Part shown: one piece after another, positions 1-10,929 of the stretch | Position numbering within the stretch: the first letter of the stretch is position 1 | Layout: every line of letters starts with the position of its first letter | Origin: Tubiluchus corallicola | Taxonomy: Eukaryota; Animalia; Priapulida | Assembly (NCBI GenBank): GCA_030141605.1 | Contig: JAQGDQ010000033.1 | Coordinates: forward strand, 1-64,000 | Direction: 5' to 3' | DNA: 64,000 bases | Program-made: the position numbers and the translations under genes | Notes under the pieces: model-generated | Database searches by the model: none | Seen by the model: only the letters and a program-made list of their open reading frames with translations | Told to the model about the DNA's origin: nothing

Positions 1-80
1 ACTTGTGGCTGAATCTATGTGCTTGCAGTTGAATCTATAAGCTTGTGGTTAAATCTATGAGCTTGTGGCTGAATCTATGA
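1..80. repeat. ~20-bp tandem repeat (GCTTGTGGCTGAATCTATGA-like), cut by the window edge
   Basis: About four diverged copies of gcttgtggytraatctatra. Confidence 0.8.
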
Positions 81-277
81 GCGAGTGAGAAAGTGAGTGC
101 GTGAATGAGTGAGTGAATGAATGAATGGTGAGTGGTGGTGGTGGTGAGTGAGTGAATGAGTGAATGAGTGAGTGAGTGAATGGTGAGTGAGTGGGTGAGT
201 GAGTGAGTGAGTGAGTGAGTGAGTGAGTGAGTGAGTGAGTGAGTGAGTGAGTGAGTGAGTGAGTGAGAGTGAGTGAG
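81..277. repeat. (GAGT)n / (GAAT)n microsatellite
   Basis: Long gagtgagt run, seen directly. Confidence 0.95.
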
Positions 278-2345
278 TAAACGAGTGTGTGCAGAATGTG
301 TGGAGTGTGGAGTTCAGTACATGGAAGTGTGCAGAATGTGCAAAGTGTGGAGTTCAGTACATGGAAGTGTGTGCAGAACATACAGAGTGTGGAGTTCAGT
401 ACATGGAAGTGTGCAGAATGTGCAAAGTGTGGAGTTCAGTACATGGAAGTGTGTGCAGAACATACAGAGTGTGGAGTTCAGTACATGGAGTGTGTGCGGA
501 ATGTGTGGAGTTCAGTTCAACGAGTGTGTGCGGAATGTGTGGAGTGTGGAGTTCAGGACATGGAGTGTGTACGGAATGTGTAGAGTTTGGAGTTCAGTAC
601 ATGGAGTGTGTGTGGAATGTGCAAAGTGTGGAGTTCAGTACATGGAGGGTGGGCAGAACATACAGAGTGTGGAGTTCAGTACACGGAGTGTGTGCGGAAT
701 GTGTGAAGTGTGGAGTTCAGTACATGGAGTGTGTGCGGAATGTGTGGAGTGTGGAGTTCAGTACACGAAAGTGTGCGGAATGTGTGGAGTTCAGTACAAC
801 GAGTGTGTGCGGAATGTGTGGAGTGTGGAGTTCAGTACGTGAAAGTGTGCGGAATGTGTGGAGTGTGGAGTTCAGTACATGGAGTGTGTGCAGAATGTGT
901 AGAGTGTGGAGTTCACTACAACGAGTGTGTGCAGAATGTGTGGAGTGTGGAGTTCAGTACATGAAAGTGTGCGGAATGTGTAGAGTGTGGAGTTCAGCAC
1001 AACGAGTGTGTGCGGAATGTGTGGAGTGTGGAGTTCAGCACAATGAGTGTGTGCGGAATGTGTGGAGCGTGGAGTTCAGTACATACAGTGTGTGCGGAAT
1101 GTGTAGAGTGTGGAGTTCAGTACATGGAGTGTGTGTGGAATGTGCAAAGTGTGGAGTTCAGTACATGGAGTGTGTGTGGAATGTGCAAAGTGTGGAGTTC
1201 AGTAGATAGATAGATAGATATTTTATTTCTGAAAATCACATTTCCAACACAAAAATTACACATTACACCCGATGGTTTTATCAGCGGGCAGAGCTCAGGT
1301 AATGATTTCCAGATCGTACTAACAATTTTACTCAACATAGCTGCACAGGTATACATACAGATATACAAATTTAGTTGTAAGCTCCATAAAGCGAAAAATA
1401 AAACTATTTACTAAGCATTTGTACACATGTATTAAACAAATATTTTACCTATATGATGATCTCCGTGATGCGGTTATATATCCGCTTACAAAGCTATACT
1501 ATTTAATTCACAAATCTTGCATACAGTCGTAAATGAAACTACCTATTGACGTTAATTCTCCATCAAATAAATTTGCAATATTACTATAATTTAATGCGTA
1601 CAGTGATCTATAAAGTGCATTTTCATGGCACTCGCACAAAAAATGCTCTTCTGTCTGAATTTCTCCACAAAGACACAGCCTGCGCTCACGAGGTACATTT
1701 GCCCAACGACCTGTTTCTATAGCTAGATTGTGTGATGAGACCCTTATTCTTGTGATGAGTATACGTTTGTGCTCAGGTAACTCTGTCTTCCCATACATTG
1801 GATACACGGTCAAATTGGGATTTATTTCCAAATAAGTCTTGCATTTTGTACGATTAGAAACGATTTGTACATGGAAGTGTGCAGAATGTGCAGAGTGTGG
1901 AGTTCAGTACATGGAAGTGTGCAGAATGTGCAAAGTGTGGAGTTCAGTACATGGAAGTGTGCAGAATGTGCAGAGTGTGGAGTTCAGTATATGGAAGTGT
2001 GCAGAATGTGTGGAGTGTGGAGTTCAGTACAACGAGTGTGTGCAGAATGTGTGGAGTTCAGTACATGGAAGTGTGCAGAATGTGTGGAGTGTGGAGTTCA
2101 GTACAACGAGTGTGTGCAGAATGTGTGGAGTTCAGTACATGGAAGTGTGCAGAATGTGTGGAGTTCAGTACATGAAAGTGTGCGGAATGTGTGGAGTGTG
2201 GAGTTCAGTACAACGAGTGTGTGCGGAATGTGTGGAGTTCAGTACATGAAAGTGTGCAGAATGTGTGGAGTGTGGAGTTCAGTACATGAAAGTGTGCGGA
2301 ATGTGTGGAGTGTGGAGTTTAGTACACGGACTCTGTGCGGAATGT
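278..2345. repeat. ~33-42-bp minisatellite (GAGTGTGTGCGGAATGTGTGGAGTGTGGAGTTCAGTACAT), interrupted by a LINE fragment
   Basis: Dozens of variant units at 278-1204 and 1867-2345. The overlapping ORFs in all three frames are repeat translations. Confidence 0.95.
1205..1866 (-). mobile_element. 5'-truncated non-LTR retrotransposon 3' end (CR1/L2-group-like) with (TATC)n tail
   Basis: ORF 1508-1831 reads RIRVSSHNLAIETGRW..RERRLCLCGEIQTEEHFLCEC, the typical LINE ORF2 C-terminal Cys/His region. A 3' UTR follows and ends in a (TATC)n tail at 1205-1220. The insert splits a satellite unit (ttcagta|...|gtacatgg). Confidence 0.8.
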
Positions 2346-2559
2346 GCAGTGTACGCTGCAAATGTTAAATCAAATATGAGGAATCTAAGTGATTCTGGGA
2401 TTATTACATAAACTACACAAGGTAGAACCAATATTATCTGTTTTACTCATCAGTTCAACTCAGTTTATATACTAATCTTTATAGAATCTTAGTCTATGAT
2501 TCAGAGCTGTTCTATTTTCCCATTTTCCCATTAAACATCGTTTTACTGTTGATTTCTAG

Positions 2560-2938
2560 GAGAGAAAGTTTGATATCAGACTCTTGGATTGTGGGAAGAA
2601 CAGGTTCCTATGTCTCTCACTCAGATTCAGAACATTTTGTCCCATCACGTCGCCAAAGTTCAGTCAGCGACTTCGACAGGGAACGATGGTTACAGATAGC
2701 TGGAATTGAACCTCCAGACGAAACAGAAACTGACCAGTCAATAACAGGAGAGGTACACCAGCAGGCATCCATGGACGTTGGTCATTCCTCTTCAGAATAT
2801 CATCATCAGCAGTCTTCAACAGACACTGGCCATTCGTCATCGGAGTACCCACACCAGAGGTCACTTATAGGTCATTCAACTTCAGAAGGTCAGCCGTCAG
2901 CACCTTCACCAGATATAAGAGATTTTGCTTATTTCTAG
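2560..2938 (+). CDS. Probable terminal coding exon of an unidentified gene starting upstream of the window (Ser/His-rich, low complexity)
   Basis: Pyrimidine-rich acceptor ...gatttctAG at 2558-2559, open frame to TAG at 2936-2938, AATAAA at 2945-2950. Internal peptide repeat GHSSSEY(H/P)HQ. Confidence 0.55.
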
Positions 2939-3029
2939 CCAATCAATAAATTTATTCTTATGAGTGAATACTTCTATATCTGTTTAGAAATTAAATAATG
3001 TTTGCTGTAAGTAAACGTTGTTGCATAAT

Positions 3030-4284
3030 AGGTTCTTGTTGGCACAGAATTTCAATTCTGCTTTAAATAATACTAAGACCATGATGGTAAAGCTTCAGAA
3101 GTCATTGCACTGTGCACTGGTATATGCAGTCATACAGTAAGTATATTGAAAGACATTGGACTTTCCAGCAGAGCTCTTCAGTGTCTACTTCTGCAATTAT
3201 AGCAAAATATTAGGTGAAAGCTTAAAACTAAACCTGTTGCTGAAAGCAGCCATGTTTGTTACTGAATAAAACTAGCCCTAGATTCAAAACTAAAATTGTT
3301 GCTGAAAGCAGCCATGTTTGTTACTGAATGAAATTAGCCCTAGATTCAAAACTAAAATTGTTGCTGAAAGCTGCCATGTTTGTTACTGAATGAAATTAGC
3401 ACTAGATTCAAAACTAAAATTGTTGCTGAAAGCAGCCATGTTTGTTACTGAATGAAATTAGCCCTAGATTCAAAACTAAAATTGTTGCTGAAAGCAGCCA
3501 TGTTTGTTACTGAATGAAATTAGCCCTAGATTCAAAACTAAAATTGTTGCTGAAAGCAGCCATGTTTGTTACTGAATGAAATTAGCCCTAGATTCAAAAC
3601 TAAAATTGTTGCTGAAAGCTGCCATGTTTGTTACTGAATGAAATTAGCCCTAGATTCAAAACTAAAATTGTTGCTGAAAGCAGCCATGTTTGTTACTGAA
3701 TGAAATTAGCCCTAGATTCAAAACTAAAATTGTTGCTGAAAGCAGCCATGTTTGTTACTGAATAAAATTAGCCCTAGATTCAAAACTAAAATTGTTGCTG
3801 AAAGCAGCCATGTTTGTTACTGAATAAAATTAGCCCTAGATTCAAAACTAAAATTGTTGCTGAAAGCAGCCATGTTTGTTACTGAATAAAATTAGCCCTA
3901 GATTCAAAACTAAAATTGTTGCTGAAAGCAGCCACGATTGTTACTGAATGAAACTAGTACTAGATTCAGTAACTAAAACAGACACACGTTAGTAACATGT
4001 TCTTTTTGTCTAAGTAGTAGTAGTACACACTGCACAAGAAGACACTGAAGAGCTCCACTGAGAAGTCTTATGTCTTTCAATTTAGTTGCTGTATGACTGC
4101 GTGTGTCTCTGCACTGTGCAACAAATGTTGAAACTTTACCATCATTGTCTTAGTATTATTTAAAGCATTAATCGTACTTCGATCATCGTGGTCTTAGTAT
4201 TATTTAAAGCATTAATCGTACTTCGATCATCGTGGTCTTAGTATTATTTAAAGCATTATTAAAATTCTGTACCGCCAAGAACCT
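3030..4284. mobile_element. Non-autonomous foldback/TIR element with ~170-bp imperfect inverted arms
   Basis: The left arm aggttcttgttggcacagaattt..gctttaaataatactaagaccatgatggtaaag..gagctcttcagtgtct is the reverse complement of agacactgaagagctc..ctttaccatcattgtcttagtattatttaaagc..aaattctgtaccgccaagaacct. The right arm contains a 44-bp triplication (4147, 4191, 4235). Confidence 0.75.
3223..3967. repeat. 62-bp tandem array, ~12 copies, inside the foldback element
   Basis: Unit AAAACTAAAATTGTTGCTGAAAGCAGCCATGTTTGTTACTGAATGAAATTAGCCCTAGATTC. Period 62 (e.g. 3421 vs 3483). Confidence 0.97.
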
Positions 4285-4663
4285 GCTTAAGAAATTGAAA
4301 TATTGTCGTTTGCATGATGCTTTGCTGCTACTCAAACATGCCTCGAATAATATAGCAACTTTATCGACGAATCAAATAAACTTTTGTCTTCATCATTTGT
4401 CAGAAAATTACTAGTCTCGTGCTATATAAAGGTCTGCTTGCTATTTGTGTCATAATTATTATTAAATTTGCAACAGTCTTTGCGTCACAGTGAAATATTT
4501 ATATAATGGAAACACGGAAAATTGTGAAGATGCGTTATTTTGAAAGTTTGATATTTAAGGTTTCTTTAACTGACGTTCATCTGCTATTGTGTGTTCAGAC
4601 AACAATTACACAATTTAGACAAGGAAGTGCATGTATGGAATAAGATTGTCATGTGTTCAAAAA

Positions 4664-5222
4664 AAGGATAACCGGACGATTGTTTACGCTCTATCTCATT
4701 TTAATTTAATTTCCAAAAATATACATTTTCTTGCCTATAAATATTAGCAATTGTCTCTTATATTAGAGTAATTACTTGAAAGTTAATTAACAGCAACTGA
4801 ACGCAGCTATCGCTTACGTCACAAACTAACTACAGTTTGTGCAATGATAGGTATCCTCCCTGCGCATCAAGTACGTTTGCGTAAGCAAAGATTGGTTTAA
4901 AGACGCTGATGTGATGTCCCGAAAATTAGCTCTACGTGGCACTGACGTCACAGACGAACACTGCGGGTCATGATCATGCTTATCGCAGTACCGCGCCTAT
5001 TTGTTGGCCACGCGAGTGTGACAAGAAGGCGCCAATGCCAGTCTTAGTGGATTCACTGAGCCTCGCGTAGCTTCGACAGTTTAACAAAGTTTAGCTATCT
5101 GAGGTAATTATTATTTAATCTAAGCTTTGATTTAAAAAGCTATTGTTGTTCTCAATATTTTAGCGCATAGCCCTACTGTATTTCGAACTAGTGTCTACAC
5201 AATCGTCCGGTTTTCGTTTAAA
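4664..5222. mobile_element. MITE with short TIRs, Kolobok-like
   Basis: Ends aaaggataaccggacgattgt ... acaatcgtccggttttcgtttaa share a 14-bp perfect inverted core, with TTAA on the right flank. Superfamily assignment is tentative. Confidence 0.55.
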
Positions 5223-5446
5223 ATCAAGGCTTGATCTTTTTATAAGGATATCTATAGATATTGCCTTGCTAGCGGTTTAGTTTATTAATTAAATTTTATT
5301 AATTGGGAAGAAATAGCAGACTTAAAGTATGTCCTACAAAAATTTTCCCACGCAAAGTTATATTACTTGGCATTACGTTTACTGCTTGAAAAAGAAATTG
5401 GAAAAGGAAATTCCTGGCAATTTAACATATGCGCGCCCCATGGTAA

Positions 5447-6135
5447 AACAGCACTGCATCGCCATCCCAGTGTGCACCACTGATTTACCAACAGCATTGC
5501 GTCGCCATCCCAGTGTGCACCACTGATTCACCAACAGCACTGCATCGCCATCCCAGTGTGCACCAGTGATTCACCAACAGAACTGCGTCGCCATCCCAGT
5601 GTGCACCACTGATTCACCAACAGCACTGCATTGCCATCCCAGTGTGCACCACTGATTTACCAACAGCATTGCGTCGCCATCCCAGTGTGCACCCGTGATT
5701 CACCAACAGCATTGCGTCGCCATCCCAGTGTGCACCACTGATTCACCAACAGAACTGCGTCGCCATCTCAGTGTGCACCACTGATTCACCAACAGCATTG
5801 CGTCGCCATCCCAGTGTGCACCACTGATTCACCAACAGCATTGCGTCGCCATCTCAGTGTGCACCACTGATTCACCAACAGCACTGTGTCGCCATCCCAG
5901 TGTGCACCAGTGATTCACCAACAGCATTGCGTCGCCATCCCAGTGTGCACCACTGATTCACCAACAGCATTGCGTCGCCATCCCAGTGTGCACCACTGAT
6001 TCACCAACAGCATTGCGTCGCCATCCCAGTGTGCACCAGTGATTCACCAACAGCACTGCACCGCCATCCCAGTGTGCACCAGTGATTCACCAACAGCACT
6101 GCACCGCCATCCCACTGTGCACCACTGATTCAACA
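5447..6135. repeat. 43-bp tandem array, ~16 copies
   Basis: Unit CAGCATTGCGTCGCCATCCCAGTGTGCACCACTGATTCACCAA. Period 43 (5461 vs 5504). Confidence 0.97.
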
Positions 6136-7571
6136 AAAACACATTATTAATCTTATTGACTATATAAGGTAATTTAACTTTTTGTTACGTAGCGAAAAGC
6201 GTGCTACGAATGTTCCAATTATTTTTTGAATTTTAAATTTTCAAGCTCATACAGTGTTACTGCTAACGCAAGCTCTGTTTGCAATAAGATAGCATGTAAA
6301 TGATATAAAATTTCAGCATGAAAATGAATTTTTTTCTTGTGCTTTAAATAATTCATCCCTGTAAAATACTGTGTATTACTGGTTATAAGCGTGGCTTTGT
6401 TATTATATTTACCTAATTTTTAACATAAACTACCTAAGATTTTTAACAAGCAAAAATGGGGTGCTCTTACTACTACAGTAAGTTGTATTTATTGTACGTG
6501 GCTAGTAAGTCGACGTGAGGGAGAAAATGTCAGTTTTGTACAGTTTTAAGCAGTTATCATAGCGGGACTGGAAGTACTGTTGATGATAATTTATTTATTT
6601 TTGTTTATTTAAAGTTTATTTCAGTACATAAATACGCTATACAAAACTTAAAATTTACGCTAAGAACTAAGAACACTGTATGACATGCACTAGTAAAATA
6701 ACTGTAAATATATATAAAAAAACATAATACAAATATTTACGGATCTTAAATTACAGACATCGGTGAAACGATTATTGCACTAATAAATCAGAATAAATTT
6801 TCTCCTGTAAAATTGTGCGTTATTTTATTTATTTATTTATTATTTATTTCATTTTTTATTTCAGCTCGTAGAAATAATCTTAAACCATAAACTGCTAAAA
6901 AAACTAATGATAAAAACATAAACTAACGATCTACAGAAAAAAATCTAAAGAGAAATTAGTTAAAATATTTACAAAAATGAGGAACACATTTTTATAAAAT
7001 ACATTAAAATTTATTTATTATAAATACATTCCAATGGGCAAGAATTTTGGAACATATAAAACCATGATTGTTGTAAATTACATGTTTTAATAAACCATTA
7101 CAAGAGTGTAAAACACGACGTCTAAGATTATATGACTTTTACCTTTAATGATGGCATAACGATTTATAATCGAGTCAGTCATTCTTGTTCTTAAACGACC
7201 GCAGAGTGGCGCCACAGTACTGTAAAATGTTTAACATTAGTTTCGCGAAATACTTAGGGTTCGCGGAAGAGCCGTGGTATCTCGTAACGGTCGTTTTCCC
7301 GGACCCAACTCCCATTTTTTTTTGAAATTTTGACCAAGCAGCCTGTAGAAAAAACGTTCTAGCGGCGCCCGGTGGGACTCTCGGAAGGAGATATATAGCT
7401 CTTTAGAAAGAGGAGGAAAAGGGCTACACGATTATGTGGCCTAAATCTCGATATTGTTTTTTATATTTGTGAGATATAAATGAATAATTAAGTCGTTGAA
7501 TTGTAACGTGACTTTCTGTGGAGATCGTTGTTCGCTTAAAGTTGGTCGAGTTTGACCGGAGATCTATTAAC

Positions 7572-7752
7572 TACCATCATCATCGTCGTCGTCGTCATGA
7601 TCATCATCGTCATAATCACCATCATCACCACCTCCATCCCTACCAAGGCTGCCCCTGTCGTTGTCGTCATCATCGTCATTAACATCTTCACCATCATCAC
7701 CACATCCATATCCACCACCCCCGCCGCTGTTGTCGTCATCGTCATCATCGTC
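7572..7752. repeat. Degenerate (CAT/CGT/CAC)n trinucleotide tract
   Basis: Seen directly. Confidence 0.9.
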
Positions 7753-8235
7753 TTTCACGTATGTTACGGACACTGAGCAGGCAGAATTCTAAAATAAAAA
7801 AATCTCCCCTCAAGACAAATAAACACAGCAGTTAGTTCAACAAACCTTAGACACTGCTATATTATTTGTCAGCACCACTTCAGGGCTAACAATACAATAA
7901 AAATGTTATCTTGATTCAACGCTCTGACAGAGAGGTATGTGGGACGTCACAAGACGGTGACCACTACTTATTCATACTGACATTTAACATAAACTTGTGA
8001 AACTAGTTTACACGACAGTTCTTAAGATTTTGTAGACAAACTTTTGTGTTCAATTTATAACGAAACTTGAATTTTGAAAAAATGACGATTTTTATCGACG
8101 AAAATTTAACGTTTTCTGAAATGTTTGGTTTGTGAAATTTTGTGTTTGTCGTTTGTGACAGTGGAGGCGGCGGTCAAAGGAACACTGGTTAAAGTGCCAC
8201 CACGGACGGGCGATGTAATTTACGTATTTAAAATT

Positions 8236-9922
8236 CGAAACGGAGCTGGAAGGTAGACTAGAGAGTGCTTTTCAGCGAAACCAGAGCTAGATGGTAGACT
8301 AGAGAGTGCTTTTCAGCGAAACCAGAGCTGGGTGGTAGACTAGAGAGTGCTTTTCCGCGAAACCACAGCTGGATGGTAGACTAGAGAGTGCTTTTCAGCG
8401 AAACCAGAGCTGGATGGTAGACTAGAGAGTGCTTTTCAGCGAAACCAGAGCTGGATGGTAGACTAGAGAGTGCTTTTCAGCGAAACCAGAGCTGAATGGT
8501 AGACTAGAGAGTGCTTTTCAGCGAAACCAGAGCTGGGTGGTAGACTAGAGAGTGCTTTTCAGCGAAACCAGAGCTGGACGGTAGACTAGAGAGTGCTTTT
8601 CAGCGAAACCGGAGCTGGATGGTAGACCAGAGAGTGCTTTTCAGCGAAACCAGAGTTGGATGGTAGACTAGAGAGTGCTTTTCAGCGAAACCAGAGCTGG
8701 ATGGTAGACTAGAGAGTGCTTTTCAGCGAAACCAGAGCTGGATGGTAGACTAGAGAGTGCTTTTCAGCGAAACCAGAGCTGGATGGTAGACTAGAGAGTG
8801 CTTTTCAGCGAAACCAGAGCTGGATGGTAGACTAGAGAGTGCTTTTCAGCGAAACCAGAGCTGGATGGTAGACTAGAGAGTGCTTTTCAGCGAAACCAGA
8901 GCTGGATGGTAGACTAGAGAATGCTTTTCAGCGAAACCAGAGCTGGATGGTAGACTAGAGAGTGCTTTTCAGCGAAACCAGAGCTGGATGGTAGACTAGA
9001 GAGTGCTTTTCAGCGAAACCAGAGCTGGATGGTAGACTAGAGAGTGCTTTTCAGCGAAACCAGAGTTGGATGGTAGACTAGAGAGTGCTTTTCAGCGAAA
9101 CCAGAGTTGGATGGTAGACTAGAGAGTGCTTTTCAGCGAAACCAGAGCTGGATGGTAGACTAGAGAGTGCTTTTCAGCGAAACCAGAGTTGGATGGTAGA
9201 CTAGAGAGTGCTTTTCAGCGAAACCAGAGCTGCATGGTAGACTAGAGAGTGCTTTTCAGCGAAACCAGAGCTGGATGGTAGACCAGAGAGTGCTTTTCAG
9301 CGAAACCAGAGCTGGATGGTAGACTAGAGAGTGCTTTTCAGCGAAACCAGAGCTGGATGGTAGACTAGAGAGTGCTTTTCAGCGAAACCAGAGCTGGATG
9401 GTAGACTAGAGAGTGCTTTTCAGCGAAACCAGAGCTGGATGGTAGACTAGAGAGTGCTTTTCAGCGAAACCAGAGCTGGATGGTAGACTAGAGAGTGCTT
9501 TTCAGCGAAACCAGAGCTGGATGGTAGACTAGAGAGTGCTTTTCAGCGAAACCAGAGCTGGATGGTAGACTAGAGAGTGCTTTTCAGCGAAACCAGAGTT
9601 GGATGGTAGACTAGAGAGTGCTTTTCAGCGAAACCAGAGCTGCATGGTAGACTAGAGAGTGCTTTTCAGCGAAACCAGAGCTGGATGGTAGACCAGAGAG
9701 TGCTTTTCAGCGAAACCAGAGCTGGATGGTAGACTAGAGAGTGCTTTTCAGCGAAACCAGAGCTGGATGGTAGACTAGAGAGTGCTTTTCAGCGAAACCA
9801 GATCTGGATGGTAGACTAGAGAGTGCTTTTCAGCGAAACCAGAGCTGGATGGTAGACTAGAGAGTGCTTTTCAGCGAAACCAGAGCTGGATGATAGACTA
9901 GAGAGTGCTTTTCAGCGAAACC
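8236..9922. repeat. 41-bp tandem array, ~41 near-identical copies, ending at the ATG of the downstream gene
   Basis: Unit GAGCTGGATGGTAGACTAGAGAGTGCTTTTCAGCGAAACCA. Period 41 (8401 vs 8442). No spacers. Confidence 0.98.
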
Positions 9923-10921
9923 ATGAATGCTTCATCGAAAAGAAACTCAATATTGAAATTTTTTGCCTCACTGCTGTTATTAACAGTTTCCTGTGCATAT
10001 TTACGGTGGGGTCCAGAAACGTTCGTCGACAGCAGCTGTACTTGTCATCCTCATGGAAGTTGGTACTTCAACTATTGTTTTTGTCATCCTGGATACATTG
10101 GCGCACAATGTTGCGATAAACTTTTGATTAGCAACAACACCCTGGACGAGTGTCCTAATTTAAGACAATCTGTAACGTATGACAAACACATGCCCGAAAC
10201 GTCTTTGTCGGCGAATTGTTTCATGAATCCGCTAACAGGCGTCGCTCAAGTACCAATGTTCTTATGGAAAGCTGCGCAGAAGAAGGAACTCGGTAGATGG
10301 ACTCTAAAAAGACCTCAAGGTGATCGTGTTGATGAACATGTAGAAGGTTTTCATGGTTATAAGCTGCTACCAAAACAACTGGGTAACTTAGTGGAAATTG
10401 GCGCCGGTCCATTTACTCAAAGTTTTTACATTTTAAAAGACAATCAACAAGTAAATGTGAGTCACGTCACGCTTGTTGAACCAATGGCTGATTTGTACAT
10501 GAAACACGTAAAAACTTGTACATACAAAAATGGTAAAATTCTTAATTACCCAACAACTATCGTCTTTTCTCCGGCAGAAACGTTCTCTAAACCTGGTACA
10601 TTCGATACGCTCATTAGTATCAATGTAATAGAACATGTACAGGATGCTCTATTGTTTCTTCACAACGCCTACGCATTATTGAAAGACAATGGCACAATAA
10701 TCTGGCATGAAAGATGGTACAAAGATCCAGAACAAGGCAACTGCGTGTTGGGATCGTTTAAACTTCACCCAATTAGGATATCATTACTCGTGGTGGAAAA
10801 GTTCTTAGCTGCATTCGAACCCATTTTTGTTAATAGAGAACCAACTTCAGAAAGTTTAAAGCGAAAGTGCGATGAGACTGGGGTATATTTCATAGGAAGA
10901 AAAAAGGCAGGGTTTGACTAG
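9923..10921 (+). CDS. Intronless 332-aa predicted type II membrane/secreted class I SAM-dependent methyltransferase with an N-terminal EGF-like Cys motif
   Basis: Start context ACCATG at 9920-9925. Basic + hydrophobic N-terminus (KRNSILKFFASLLLLTVSCAYL). EGF-like end CFCHPGYIGAQC. Motif I LVEIGAGP, acidic beta-2 VTLVEP, then FDTLISINVIEHVQD and LLKDNGTII as in Methyltransf_11/23-type folds. Confidence 0.85.
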   Translation: MNASSKRNSILKFFASLLLLTVSCAYLRWGPETFVDSSCTCHPHGSWYFNYCFCHPGYIGAQCCDKLLISNNTLDECPNLRQSVTYDKHMPETSLSANCFMNPLTGVAQVPMFLWKAAQKKELGRWTLKRPQGDRVDEHVEGFHGYKLLPKQLGNLVEIGAGPFTQSFYILKDNQQVNVSHVTLVEPMADLYMKHVKTCTYKNGKILNYPTTIVFSPAETFSKPGTFDTLISINVIEHVQDALLFLHNAYALLKDNGTIIWHERWYKDPEQGNCVLGSFKLHPIRISLLVVEKFLAAFEPIFVNREPTSESLKRKCDETGVYFIGRKKAGFD

Positions 10922-10929
10922 GAGTTTCT

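Noticed and set aside
273-2368. Cys/Val-rich ORFs (CAECVECG repeats) resembling metallothionein or zinc fingers
   Set aside because: They are translations of a minisatellite, open in several frames with no unique sequence.
8236-9922. CRISPR-like appearance of the 41-bp (and 43-, 62-bp) arrays
   Set aside because: Units are head-to-tail with no unique spacers, there are no cas genes, and the context is eukaryotic.
8236-9922. 41-bp unit as a tandem hammerhead ribozyme (CTGGATGG...CGAAAC)
   Set aside because: No CUGANGA core and no convincing stems I-III.
9905-9922. GTG start at 9905 for the methyltransferase given by the ORF track
   Set aside because: It lies within the repeat unit; the ATG at 9923 in ACCATG context is the plausible eukaryotic start.
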